Source: Eledone cirrhosa | Lineage: Eukaryota | Reading direction: 5' to 3' | NCBI GenBank assembly: GCA_964016885.1 | Contig: OZ024741.1 | Location: forward strand, 318,246,001-318,310,000 | Length of the DNA: 64,000 bases | The notes under the pieces: model-generated | The model's input: only the letters and a program-made list of their open reading frames with translations | Database searches by the model: none | Told to the model about the DNA's origin: nothing | Program-made: the position numbers and the translations under genes | Shown here: in pieces, positions 9,530-20,869 of the stretch | How positions within the stretch are numbered: the stretch's first letter is position 1 | Layout of the letters: the number at the start of each line of letters is the position of its first letter

Positions 9530-12500
9530 CGGCGGATAGTGCGCTCTGCGAAACAACATCTAACCGCCACTTTTTCATTGAGGACCTGCTGTCAGGTAGA
9601 GCTTTTCTGGTTGACACAGGTGCAGCTTGTTCCGTATGGCCTGTGTGTTGTATGAAGGAGACTCCCCCTGAGACGCCTATTGAGTTGCAGGCAGTAAATT
9701 GTTCGCCGATTCGAACTTTCGGACAAATCTCGTTACCTTTGCAGTTTCGTAATCTGTGGCGCGAGTTTAAATGGATATTTACTGTTGCCGCCTTGCCGTA
9801 TCCGATTCTAGGCGCGGATTTTCTCCACCATTTTTCATTGACGGTGGACCTTCGTGGTAAACGCCTAATTGATGGCATCACGGGATTAACTGTTGTTGGC
9901 AAGGCAGCAGGAGTTCCAACGGTTAGCCCGATATTTTTTCTTGCTAACACCGGTGATCCTTTCCATGCGTTGTTGAACTCGTTCCCGCAACTGACACAGG
10001 GGAATTTTCGATTTGATGAACCTACTCATACAACGGAGCACTTCATATCTACAACTGGTGCTCCCGTTTTCTCTCGCCCTCGTCGCTTGCCTCCGGACAA
10101 ACTAAAAGCAGCACGATCAGAGTTTGATCATATGCTGCAAATGGGAATTATTCGTCCGTCCACGAGCCCGTGGGCGTCCCCATTACACATGGTACCGAAA
10201 GCGAATGGCGATTGGAGACCTACTGGAGATTATCGACGCCTGAATTCGATAACGGTACCGGACCGTTATCCTATCCCTCATCTGCAAGACTTTGCGTCTT
10301 CGTTGCAGGGATGCAAGATATTCTCCAAACTGGATTTAATTCGTGCGTACCATCAAATTCCTGTCCATAAAAATGACATTCCAAAAACGGCTATAGTTAC
10401 GCCATTTGGGTCTTTCGAGTTTTTGACTATGCCGTTCGGATTAAGGAATGCCGCTAGTACTTTTCAGCGGTTTATGGATGAGGTTACTCGCGGCCTCGAT
10501 TTCGTCTATACCTATATTGACGATCTGCTCATTGCTAGTTCTTCTCCAGAGCAGCATACGCACCATTTGAATCTTCTTTTCCGCCGATTGAAGGCGTATA
10601 ACGTGCAGCTTAATGCACCCAAATGTGTTTTTGGTGCTGAGTCACTGACTTTCTTGGGTCACGTCATCGATGCTGACGGAATTCGACCCCGGCCTGAGCG
10701 AGTTAAGGTCATAGAGGATTTGCCTCCACCGACCTCACTACGTCAGTTACACCAGTTCTTAGGTCTGGTTAACTTTTATAGGCGTTTCGTGCCAAATTGT
10801 GCCAAGTTGCTTTTCTCCCTGACAGAAATTTTGAAAAATTGTCGGAGGAAGAACAAAGATATTTCTTTGACAGACACTCAACTTGCTGATTTTCAGCACG
10901 CCAAAACTGTTTTGGCTAATGCTTCGTTACTGACTCACCCGGTACCCGGTGCAAAGCTAACGCTTTGTGTTGATGCATCGGATATCGCTGTGGGCGCAGT
11001 ACTACAGCAAAACATCAATGGTTACCAGCAACCGCTGGAGTTTTTTTCCAAAAAGCTAAATCCTGCTGAGACGCGCTACAGCACCTTTGGAAGAGAGCTT
11101 TTAGCCATCTATTTGGCCGTGAAACATTTTTCACATGTGCTAGAGGGTAGACAATTTACTATCCTCACTGGCCATAAACCATTGACTTTTGCTTTGAGAG
11201 CGAAGGCTGATAAATACTCGCCCAGAGAGACGAGACACCTTGATTTCATCTCGCAATCTACGAGTGATATCCAGCACATTCCGGGTTCACTAAATACAGC
11301 GGCCGATGCTTTGTCCCGCTTACCCGTGACAGCGATCTCGTCACCCTCTGACATAGATCTGACTCGTTTGGCTGCGGATCAGTCTCCCCTTGAGTCACTG
11401 GATGTCACATCGCCCGAGTTTGCGAATTGCGAGATGAAATACTTGCCTCTGTCGACTGCAGTTGGCCAAATTCTTTGCGACGTCTCTTTGGACGTGCCTA
11501 GGCCCTTCGTTCCAGAGAATCATCGTCGGACCGTGTTTCTGGGATTACATTGTATCTCGCATCCAGGATCTTCTGCCACAGCAAAGCTCATATCAGCTAG
11601 ATTTTTCTGGCCAAATATGAGGCGTGAAATTGCTGCTTGGTGCCGTTCCTGCGTCGCTTGCCAGAGATCAAAGGTCCATCGACACGTCAAGGCTCCCCTG
11701 GGTACCTTTGCTAACCCAGATGCGCGTTTTTCGCATATTCATATTGACATAGTGGGACCTTGGCCTGTCAGCGATGGTTTTTCTTATCTACTTACCGTCA
11801 TTGACCGTTTTTCGAGATGGCCTCAGGCCATCCCCTTGAAAAACATCACCGCGGAGACAACAGCACGTGCTCTTGTGTCTGGATGGATCTCTCGTTATGG
11901 AGTTCCATCCACAATAACTACCGACCGTGGACGACAGTTCGAGTCGAGCCTTTTCCCCGAGCTGTCAAAAATAATTGGTGCTAAACGCATTCGAACTACG
12001 GCATACCATCCCGCTTCGAATGGTATGGTGGAGCGTTTTCACCGCCAACTGAAGGCCTCCTTAATGGCCTCAATGGACTCGGCGCATTGGAGCGAGTACC
12101 TCCCTATTGTGCTACTAGGGATTCGGTCAACGGTGAAGGTCGACTTTGGATTTTCACCGGCCGAAGTACTGTACGGTGCCCCTCTGACGTTGCCCGGGCA
12201 AATGCTTGCCCCTATCGATCTTGATGCCCAAGATCACGCTTCCTACGTGTCCCGTTTGCGCTCCTATTTCCAGGATTTGCCGCCAATGGACACTAGGAAA
12301 CAAACTGTCAAGACTACTGTCCCGAGGGATATTGCCTCGTGGACGCATGTCTTTGTAAGGAATGATACGGTGAAGCCCCCGCTCACACAGCCTTACACTG
12401 GACCTTACCGTGTCTTAGCGCGCTCGGCTAAGCATTTCACGTTAGATATTAAGGGGTCCAGGGTGACAGTTACATTAGACAGGCTTAAGCAGGCGCACCT

Positions 12501-12687
12501 TGATACGGACGCTGTGGTTCCTGATCCACGAACCCCTTCGTATTTGCCTGTTGAGCGAACGACTATTCCTGATCCACCATCATCGCCTGTCCCTACACCA
12601 CCACCATCGCCACGTTACAAGACCACGACCCGTTCAGGTCGTAGGGTCCACTGGCCCAAAAAACTGTGCAGCACCGTCTATATTTAG
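9487..12687 (+). CDS. pol: Pol polyprotein (aspartic protease, RT, RNase H, integrase)
   Basis: FLVDTGA (~9604), PFGLRNA, YIDD (10513), VDASD/ELLA/ADALSR RNase H motifs, HHCC zinc finger, HIDIVGP-TDRG-VERFH DDE core, GPY motif; uninterrupted frame. Confidence 0.96.
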   Translation, partial: ASFCLRGKRRPESLTADSALCETTSNRHFFIEDLLSGRAFLVDTGAACSVWPVCCMKETPPETPIELQAVNCSPIRTFGQISLPLQFRNLWREFKWIFTVAALPYPILGADFLHHFSLTVDLRGKRLIDGITGLTVVGKAAGVPTVSPIFFLANTGDPFHALLNSFPQLTQGNFRFDEPTHTTEHFISTTGAPVFSRPRRLPPDKLKAARSEFDHMLQMGIIRPSTSPWASPLHMVPKANGDWRPTGDYRRLNSITVPDRYPIPHLQDFASSLQGCKIFSKLDLIRAYHQIPVHKNDIPKTAIVTPFGSFEFLTMPFGLRNAASTFQRFMDEVTRGLDFVYTYIDDLLIASSSPEQHTHHLNLLFRRLKAYNVQLNAPKCVFGAESLTFLGHVIDADGIRPRPERVKVIEDLPPPTSLRQLHQFLGLVNFYRRFVPNCAKLLFSLTEILKNCRRKNKDISLTDTQLADFQHAKTVLANASLLTHPVPGAKLTLCVDASDIAVGAVLQQNINGYQQPLEFFSKKLNPAETRYSTFGRELLAIYLAVKHFSHVLEGRQFTILTGHKPLTFALRAKADKYSPRETRHLDFISQSTSDIQHIPGSLNTAADALSRLPVTAISSPSDIDLTRLAADQSPLESLDVTSPEFANCEMKYLPLSTAVGQILCDVSLDVPRPFVPENHRRTVFLGLHCISHPGSSATAKLISARFFWPNMRREIAAWCRSCVACQRSKVHRHVKAPLGTFANPDARFSHIHIDIVGPWPVSDGFSYLLTVIDRFSRWPQAIPLKNITAETTARALVSGWISRYGVPSTITTDRGRQFESSLFPELSKIIGAKRIRTTAYHPASNGMVERFHRQLKASLMASMDSAHWSEYLPIVLLGIRSTVKVDFGFSPAEVLYGAPLTLPGQMLAPIDLDAQDHASYVSRLRSYFQDLPPMDTRKQTVKTTVPRDIASWTHVFVRNDTVKPPLTQPYTGPYRVLARSAKHFTLDIKGSRVTVTLDRLKQAHLDTDAVVPDPRTPSYLPVERTTIPDPPSSPVPTPPPSPRYKTTTRSGRRVHWPKKLCSTVYI
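9505..9511 (+). promoter_or_regulatory. Putative -1 ribosomal frameshift slippery site G GGA AAA
   Basis: X XXY YYZ heptamer in gag phase; pol lies in the -1 frame, is open from 9487 and has no ATG upstream of the protease DTG. Confidence 0.75.
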
Positions 12688-12914
12688 ACTATGTTAGCTG
12701 CACCTTTTTTTTTTGCCTCTGTGTTTCTGCTTTTCCTTTGCCTTGTTTTTTTTATGCATGCATGTCGTTTTTTTTTAACATTTTTCAAATCCTTATTCTG
12801 GATTAAATTTTTGCTAGAGCGGATAGCTCCCCCTTGTTGCATTGTTCGCCATCTTACTCCACATGTGAGTAATGACATCGATTTTCAATAATTTGAAAAT
12901 CTGGCTCGAGGTAC

Positions 12915-13140
12915 TGTAGTAAGACGCCTCACGCTCTTTGATAGAACAACGCCGGTTGAGAACGCCAGAAAGAAAAGACAGACAGCCACTGGAAAGCCGA
13001 CTGATCACACGCCAGATACCAGCCTCTGTACAACACCATTGTTTGTGCTACAACAAAAAATAAACGTATATTTCCTCTCTAATTTCTGCTGTTATTATGT
13101 CACTTGCATCTCGATAACATCTACAACTAATACTGCTAAA
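12915..13140 (+). repeat. 3' LTR
   Basis: Direct repeat of 7634-7859. Confidence 0.96.
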
Positions 13141-13182
13141 TATATATAATTATATATATATATATAATTATATATATATATA

Positions 13183-13218
<36 letters not shown>

Positions 13219-13248
13219 TATATATATATATAATTATATATATATATA

Positions 13249-13286
<38 letters not shown>

Positions 13287-13423
13287 TATATATATATATA
13301 ATTATATATATATATAATTATATATATATATATATAATTATATAATTATATATATATATATATAATTATATATATATATAATTATATATATATATATAAT
13401 TATATATATATATATAATTATAT
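13141..13423. repeat. (TA)n/TAATTA compound microsatellite
   Basis: Direct reading. Confidence 0.95.
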
Positions 13424-13474
13424 ATATTAGTGAAAAAGAACAAAGGAACTATTATGACATTATAACAAGTTTAT

Positions 13475-13521
13475 TGCCGACAGCCGTTTCGTCCGACCAT
13501 ATGGTGGGACTTTTCAAGGCA
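13475..13521 (-). ncRNA. Type I hammerhead ribozyme (U3-A8 variant), left pseudo-LTR
   Basis: Reverse complement of 17096-17142. Confidence 0.75.
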
Positions 13522-14451
13522 TATAACATGTGATTGTAAGATCATTATTTACATCAACGTATCACTCAAGGCTAGCAGTTTGAATTTGTGGTATACATCA
13601 GCAGCTCCGCTTGTATAGTTGGGGTCTATATTCTAAGGGGTCTCTTTTATATTAGTTGTCGGGGTCGGGGATTGAAGGTTAAAGATTAGATAATATATAA
13701 TTTACGCATTAAAAGTAAACTAAAAGACTTGGGATCCCGTAGAAGCACCTTAAAAAATCCCTCAATAAGTGCATAAAGCTTACAGGCTCCAATAAACCTA
13801 ATAAACTAGAAGAAATTAAGAGGCTAATAAAATAAAAAAATAAAAATATAAAGTTTCCCTAAAAGATATAAAGTTTCCTATGAAATTCCTTCGAGAGAAA
13901 AAAAAATTTTCCGAAAGAAAAAAACTTTCTTCCCCCGAGATCACGTTAACAAATTTCAGAAAACTTACGAAGTTTTGATATTCCCTACTAAGTTGAAAGA
14001 AACTAATCAATTAAAGGTTAATTCAAAGAGCCTTCTATAAATCTCTCAGAAAAGGCCCCTCTAATATTTTTAATAGGAACTTCCTCCGAGAGACCCTTCG
14101 AAGAATTAAAATCTTAGAGAGCCTTTAAGGATATATATAAACGAATTGAGGAAAATTATAAAATAAAAAGTTAAAAATTACGGTATTTGGGATATCCGAG
14201 GAATTTTCAAAGGGTTGCTTCAACAGATACAACTTAGGCATAATAGATACAATAATTTAAGTAATTTAAGTAATTTAATTAGGGAGCAATTCAAATAGTT
14301 TATCAAGTTGGGCAAGATTAAAGAAAGTGGTAAATAAGAAAATACATAAGCAAAAAGACAATAATTATAAAATGTATTTTTAAGAAGGTATAAGGTAGCT
14401 TCAGTAATCTAACAATGTATTATCACAAAAAATTATTATAAAATTATTGAT

Positions 14452-14712
14452 ACAGGATTAACCAAGACATAATAATATATTCCTGCCTAATTAACAAGTA
14501 ATCAATACACTATTAACAGTCAGGCAAAATTAGCTCAGGGATATCCCGCGCTCGGATACTTTACACACATACGGCAACACATAGGATTAGCACAGACATA
14601 ATAGTATATTCCTGCCTAATTAACAAGCAATCAATTAACAATTGATGGTCAAGAAAATGTACTCAGGGATATCCCGCGCACGGATATTTACATACATACA
14701 ACAGGATGAACA
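14452..14712. repeat. Diverged ~130-bp tandem duplication inside the PLE
   Basis: AGACATAATA-TATATTCCTGCCTAATTAACAAG...CTCAGGGATATCCCGCGC-CGGATA occurs twice. Confidence 0.8.
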
Positions 14713-16009
14713 GCACTGGTGACCGTGTGGGCGCGATATCCATTATGCGTATGTAGTCATCTGCATAGCTCCAGGCACAGCTGGTATTGTTTAAAAGTTC
14801 ATAGTTCACGGATCAACTGGGATTCACTATCAGCTGCGTGGACTCTCTGGGAAATGTACCTGTGGATCAAATAGCTAGTGGTTGCTGGGTGTGGTCCGTT
14901 CGATCTTTTAGTTTCGGGGGTTGCACGCTTTTGCGATAGACCAGTCTGCCGGTTCTAAGTCCAAGGTTTCGCTACGCAGGATGTATTGGTCTACATGCTA
15001 TATTGGTAAAAAAAACCAGTGTGGATTTGACTGGGGTGGTATATTACGAACTCCAAGCCCACACGCGACTGGTCAAATGCGAAGGGCTGTCCCCCTCTTT
15101 GTTTGCTGTATGGGTCGGTTCCAGCTTAGATGGTGGTCGTGTTATCCATATTCCGTCAGCCCTGTATATTCAAGACAGATCAGGGTATATATTTGCGGGT
15201 ATGGTCCGGCGTCTACGCTATCCAAAGGGTCTCTCTTGTGGTATTTTCAAGTTCGCATGTCATCTCCCGGTTAAGACTGCGCATGCTTCGGTGAATCTCA
15301 TGCATGGAATCTTGGGGTATCATGTTACACGGGGTGACTAGCAGAAAATATATATTCTATGCTATCGCGCACGCGCTGGCCTGTGGCTACGACCGTGTCC
15401 AGTCTCGGGTAGTAGCGGACAGCAGGTAGACCAGATAGACAAACCCCTGTTCAAGGGGCACAACCCCTAACTTATCGAGTGCTCAGACTTCAAGGGAGTC
15501 AACTCTCCAAGCCCATTAAGTCGACTGTGGTAAAATACAAAAAATCCCTATTAGTAAAGAACTAATCACTAATAATAAAGAACTAACTCAAAAGATGTGA
15601 GTGGGGGAGAATGGGGAGGGGCATCTATTTGGGCGGGGGTTTACTAAGGGAGGGGGTGGGGGTGAGTGGTTATAGGCAGGGAGCGGCCGCCATATTGGGT
15701 GTTTTGTTACTGTTTCCCTGGGCATGTTCTCGAGTTTGTTGACACATCTCCGACGGCACCTTCCCAGATTAGTCAACGTGGGTCCAGGCATCCACAATGT
15801 CCTACATCGCAGGCATCAGCTGCCCCCAGGGTGCCCAGCAACAATGTTGCCACCAATCCCAGGTTGGCAGGTGGGACACAGGGTCGTCCGTTCCTCACCA
15901 GAGTCCCCATCGCCAAACGGGGAGCCGAGGCATCTATGCGGCCGGGGTTACTAAAGAGCACCCTGTTCGCTAGCGAGGCTGCCAAGTGTGGGACAGGGTG
16001 GTGTCAGGG

Positions 16010-16678
16010 CTATGTGTCTGGTCTGAAGAAAAAGAAAGAGCTAAGTATAGTATGGGGGCAGGACGAGAAGATTTCTGATCTCCTGTTGAGCAAGTTGAGT
16101 CCTGAGAATACTATGGCATGAGATTCAGATAGGCACAGGCTACAAAACCTGCTCAACGAGCTATATGGAGGAGCTTTAGTAAGGCATCTCCAGCTTAGTG
16201 TGTAGGGTTTTTTTTAAGCTTCTCATATCGGAAGCTATGCTGGTGGGCGTTGAATCTCGTCTTGAACTCGTTAGCGGTTGATCCCACATACGTCTTAGTA
16301 TACGTGTCTGTGGTTACGTTACAAGCATATACCACGTTCCTAATAAGGCAGTGTCCAGCTAGTGGGCATTTGTCCTTCCTTCTGCAATTACACTTTTTAA
16401 TAGGGTGATGCTCCTCATTCAGGGGTGCATGTCCCTCCAAGCAGCCGCGGGGCTACCTAGTGGGACCGGTTCTATTGCCTGTTATCCCCCTGGGTCTTTC
16501 ACTCAGTGGGTTGGTCCCGTGTTGTCGTGTGTATTGGCGTGGTTCACTATTTCGGATGGCCTTAAGTCCCTCTTTACTCTTACTCTTATTGGTCTTAGCT
16601 AGGTGTGAGGCCAGATTAGGGGTTGTTGAGTACGATAGCTTGATAGTACTCTTATTGATGACACTACCGTACCTACTC
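16010..16678 (-). pseudogene. PLE ORF C-terminus: RT thumb/linker plus GIY-YIG endonuclease (Naiad-like)
   Basis: INKSTIKLSYSTTPNL...CNCRRKDKCPLAGHCLIRNVVYAC...YVGSTANEFKTRFNAH, then after a frameshift/deletion at ~16200 SWRCLTKAPPYSSLSRFCSLCLSE...LLNRRSEIFSSCPH; one internal TAG near 16454. Confidence 0.85.
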
Positions 16679-17095
16679 GGGGGAAGAAAGTTTTTTTCTT
16701 TCGGAAAAAAATTTCGGAAAAAATTTTTTTCTCTGGAAGGAAACTTTATATTTTTTAGGGAAACTTTATATTTTTATATTTTTATTTTATTAGCCTCTTA
16801 ATTTCTTCTAGTTTATTAGGTTTATTGGAGCCTGTAAGCTTTATGCACTTATTGAGGGATTTTTTAAGGTGCTTCTACGGGATCCCAAGTCTTTTAGTTT
16901 ACTTTTAATGCGTAAATTATATATTATCTAATCTTTAACCTTCAATCCCCGACCCCGACAACTAATATAAAAGAGACCCCTTAGAATATAGACCCCAACT
17001 ATACAAGCGGAGCTGCTGATGTATACCACAAATTCAAACTGCTAGCCTTGAGTGATACGTTGATGTAAATAATGATCTTACAATCACATGTTATA

Positions 17096-17142
17096 TGCCT
17101 TGAAAAGTCCCACCATATGGTCGGACGAAACGGCTGTCGGCA
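17096..17142 (+). ncRNA. Type I hammerhead ribozyme (U3-A8 variant), right pseudo-LTR
   Basis: tgcc-TTGAAAA-gtcc-c-acca-ta-tggt-c-ggac-GAAA-cggctg-TC-ggca; predicted cleavage after 17138. Confidence 0.75.
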
Positions 17143-17298
17143 ATAAACTTGTTATAATATCATAATAGTTCCTTTGTTCTTTTTCACTAATATTTCTGCT
17201 CTGCTTATACGCATAGAGCTTAACTAGCTACCATCACATATTTGGTAGGTCAGACGTGATCATCGCGATTCACATACGACCTACCATACATCTTGCTT

Positions 17299-17314
17299 TA
17301 ATTATATATATATA

Positions 17315-17352
<38 letters not shown>

Positions 17353-17426
17353 TATAATTATATATATATATATATATATAATTATATATATATATATATA
17401 TAATTATATATATATATATATATATA

Positions 17427-17464
<38 letters not shown>

Positions 17465-17526
17465 TATATATATATATATATATAATTATATATATATATA
17501 TATATAATTATATATATATATATATA

Positions 17527-17564
<38 letters not shown>

Positions 17565-18235
17565 TATATATATATATAATTATATATATATATATATATA
17601 TAATTATATATATATATATATAATTATATATATATATAATTATATATAATTATATATGTATATAATTATATATATATATAATTATATATAATTATATATG
17701 TATATAATTATATATATATATGTATATAATTATATATATATATATATAATTATATATATATATATATATATATAATTATATATATATATATATAATTATA
17801 TATATATATATATATATAATTATATATATATATATATATAATTATATATATATATATATATATAATTATATATATATATATATATATAATTATATATATA
17901 TAATTATATATATATAATTATATATATATATATATAATTATATATATATAATTATATATATATATATTTATAATTATATATATATATATATATAATTATA
18001 TATATATATATATATAATTATATATATATATATATATAATTATATATATATATATATATATAATTATATATATATAATTATATATATATATATATATATA
18101 ATTATATATATATATATATATATAATTATATATATATATATAATTATATATATATATATAATTATATATATATATATATATATATATAGTTATATATATA
18201 TATATAATTATATATATATATATATATATATATAG

Positions 18236-18300
<65 letters not shown>

Positions 18301-18325
18301 TATATATATATATATATAATTATAA
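17299..18325. repeat. ~1-kb (TA)n/TAATTA compound microsatellite
   Basis: Direct reading. Confidence 0.95.
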
Positions 18326-18561
18326 TTATACAGAGCAAACAGCACGGACACTCTATCTCAAAATTATTTTTGAAAAGCATTGAGAAATGCGCAACCGGTA
18401 AAAACTTAAAAACTTAAAACCACAACTGAATACTAACCCATACAATCACTAATACTCTTTTATTCCTAATTAAACCATTTTTCAACTGTGAACAATTTCT
18501 CAGCATTTTCTATTCCGTTTACCCATATATAATTATATATATATATAATTATATATATATA

Positions 18562-18621
<60 letters not shown>

Positions 18622-18627
<6 letters not shown>

Positions 18628-18998
18628 TAAAAGGAATTCCAACTTTGTCTGGTTTACTTGTTTTATTTACAATCCTTTAAAATTTATAATGGTATTATAA
18701 TGAAATAGTATGGTAGAATATTAAATGTTAAGTGTTAATTGAACAAGTACTTTCATGCTTTCGCAATCTTCAGGTTCATAATGTGTGGTGACAGTCAAGT
18801 TTGCAGACTGTCACCACACATTATGAACCTGAAGATTGCGAAAGCATGAAAGTACTTGTTCATTAATATTCTACCATACTATTTCATTCTAATACCATTA
18901 TAAATTTTAAAGGATTGTAAATAAAACAATTAAACCAGACAAAGTTGGAATTCCTTTTATTAATATAATCTTCTATACACAATCATACACACCCGTGT
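18622..18998. mobile_element. Palindromic mini-PLE (two inverted pseudo-LTRs plus tail)
   Basis: 18622-18796 is the reverse complement of 18806-18966, with a 9-nt spacer; flanked by TA repeats. Confidence 0.8.
18823..18863 (+). ncRNA. Minimal type I hammerhead
   Basis: atgaac-CTGAAGA-ttgc-gaaa-gcat-GAAA-gtac-TT-gttcat: 6-bp stem I, GNRA-capped stem II, palindromic stem III. Confidence 0.7.
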
Positions 18999-19044
18999 AT
19001 ATTTATCTATCTATCTCTCTATATATATATATATTCGAAATTTT

Positions 19045-19160
19045 ACTCACAAGCTATCGGTGAACCATTGCACAAAGTAGGTGTCATGCAATGGAACAAA
19101 CTTAATCTGACACTATGTGGTTGTAAAGCGAATTACTTAGTCGCACAGCTAACCATGCTT
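19045..19160 (-). mobile_element. SINE family A fragment
   Basis: Similar to 40-138 and 53615-53750. Confidence 0.5.
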
Positions 19161-19622
19161 GCTCTGTGCCTATCTTATGAATAATGTTTGTAGCCATTCA
19201 AGTTACATGTATTGGACAATTATAAATATTTCTTTTCATCGAACTGCAGTCCAGAGACCTATTTCGTTTATTATCTCCACTAACAAATGCTATAAATTAA
19301 TAAATAAACCATTATATTATTTATGAATCTTTTTGTAGTTGAAAGCGCTAACAATATTGTGTCCTTTATGGTATTAACGTTTTACCTGATATATATATAT
19401 ATATGTGTGTATATATATATATGTATATGTATATATGGAGACACAAAACAGGCTTTGTTTATTAACGGGTAGCGAACTTGAAAATTAGGTACGTCAATAC
19501 TCATCCTTTTTTCCATTGAGAGCGTTTTTTAAAATCCCAACTAACAGACTAATTTTACTTAGTCGAATACGGCGAAAGCACATGTTACTACATAATTTAT
19601 ATATATATATATACACATACAT

Positions 19623-19702
<80 letters not shown>

Positions 19703-20869
19703 CCATGTATGTATGTAAACATTGGTTGTCGAGTGAGTTGAAATGTTTAGAAAACACAGGAATAGAGCTGCTGGCTATTTTTTCCGTCTATAGGATCTAT
19801 ACCCAATTTTCGCAGCTGTATTCCCAACAGCTATTTTCCTGTGTTCGAGATCTACATATATATATATATCTTGAGCTCTGCCGTCAGGGTCTTGAACATT
19901 TTCCTATATATATATATACATACACATATAATTACACATACAGAGATACATTCATACATGCATACATATATATATATATATGTATATGTATACATACATA
20001 TATGGATGTATACATACATACGCTTTCCATTAACACATTCATATTCTTTTCTTCTCGTATTGCTTTCAGAAAGTGTAGCCTTTGTTTTTTATTCTATTCA
20101 ATATGGCCGCTGAAAGCAACTTTCTTATATTTTATTAATCAACCGCATAATATCCACTTCTGTTGTTGGTAATTTGCTTGTCACTCTATTTCCTCTTTTG
20201 TTTTACAATCGTTTACGCTCACAGAATGGTTTTAAAGCTGTTTTTGTCGGATATTTATATTCAAATATAAAATAAAATACTGGAGGTTATTGTTCACTTT
20301 ATATCTCTCACCAGTATTATTTACTATACTTTATAAATACCAATAAAAATAAGATAGTTCTTATTCTTCTACACGATTCTACTGACTAAAATAGTCTGTT
20401 TTAAAGTTTGAAACACAGCAGTTCTTATTTGTTTATCTTAACCAATGAAATCGGCTATTTCGTCCACCAAGATAGAAATTAGTAGAAAACATCTATTCAT
20501 ACTATTTCCAAATTTAAATTCAAATCTAATAAACGTTAAAATAATTGGAACCGGGGTACTTGTAAAACTTTACAGAGAAAGTTACAACTCTCATGGTGTA
20601 AATTCTATTGTTCTAATATTTTCCGGAAAATATATTTTGGTGAGAAAAATACTTCTACCAAGTAGGTTAACACGGCTTGCCCTCTCTTTATACTATTTTA
20701 TTCTTTTAATTCTTCCATTCATTAAACTGCATCGCCTTGAAGTGATTTAGTCGATTATATCGACCCCATTATGTCTTGTTTTAATCTGGTTTTTATTTGG
20801 CGAACCAGTAATTTACGAGACACAAACAGACATATACTCTCTCTATCTCCCCTCTATATATAATTGTAA

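Larger units (their letters stand above)
7634..13140 (+). mobile_element. Full-length Ty3/Gypsy LTR retrotransposon, CsRn1-like
   Basis: Two 226-bp LTRs, tRNA-Trp-like PBS, gag with CHCC-type motif, pol in PR-RT-RH-IN order; TATA on both flanks is compatible with a 4-bp TSD. Confidence 0.96.
13424..17298 (-). mobile_element. 5'-truncated Penelope-like element (Naiad-like) with inverted pseudo-LTRs
   Basis: ~516-bp inverted repeats at 13424-13939 and 16676-17193, each with a hammerhead; GIY-YIG remnant on minus strand; ~105-nt extra tail 17194-17298 containing a GGTAGGTC/GACCTACC stem. Confidence 0.88.

Noticed and set aside
9420-9950. 176-aa antisense ORF over the gag-pol junction
   Set aside because: Shadow frame of a coding region with no motif support.
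14740-14790. YADD-like peptide (WSYADDYI) on the minus strand inside the PLE 3' region
   Set aside because: No other RT motifs in register and the frame has nearby stops; likely chance.
14921-16121. Plus-strand ORFs of 112-151 aa inside the PLE
   Set aside because: Non-ATG starts, overlapping frames, no recognisable domains; consistent with higher GC content.
16010-16678. Selenocysteine recoding, as known for some Naiad-clade PLEs
   Set aside because: The only internal stop in the surviving ORF piece is TAG, not TGA, and no SECIS could be identified by eye.
13424-17193. DNA transposon or Polinton interpretation of the 516-bp inverted repeats
   Set aside because: The repeats contain hammerheads and abut a truncated GIY-YIG PLE ORF; no transposase; the asymmetric tail fits PLE architecture.
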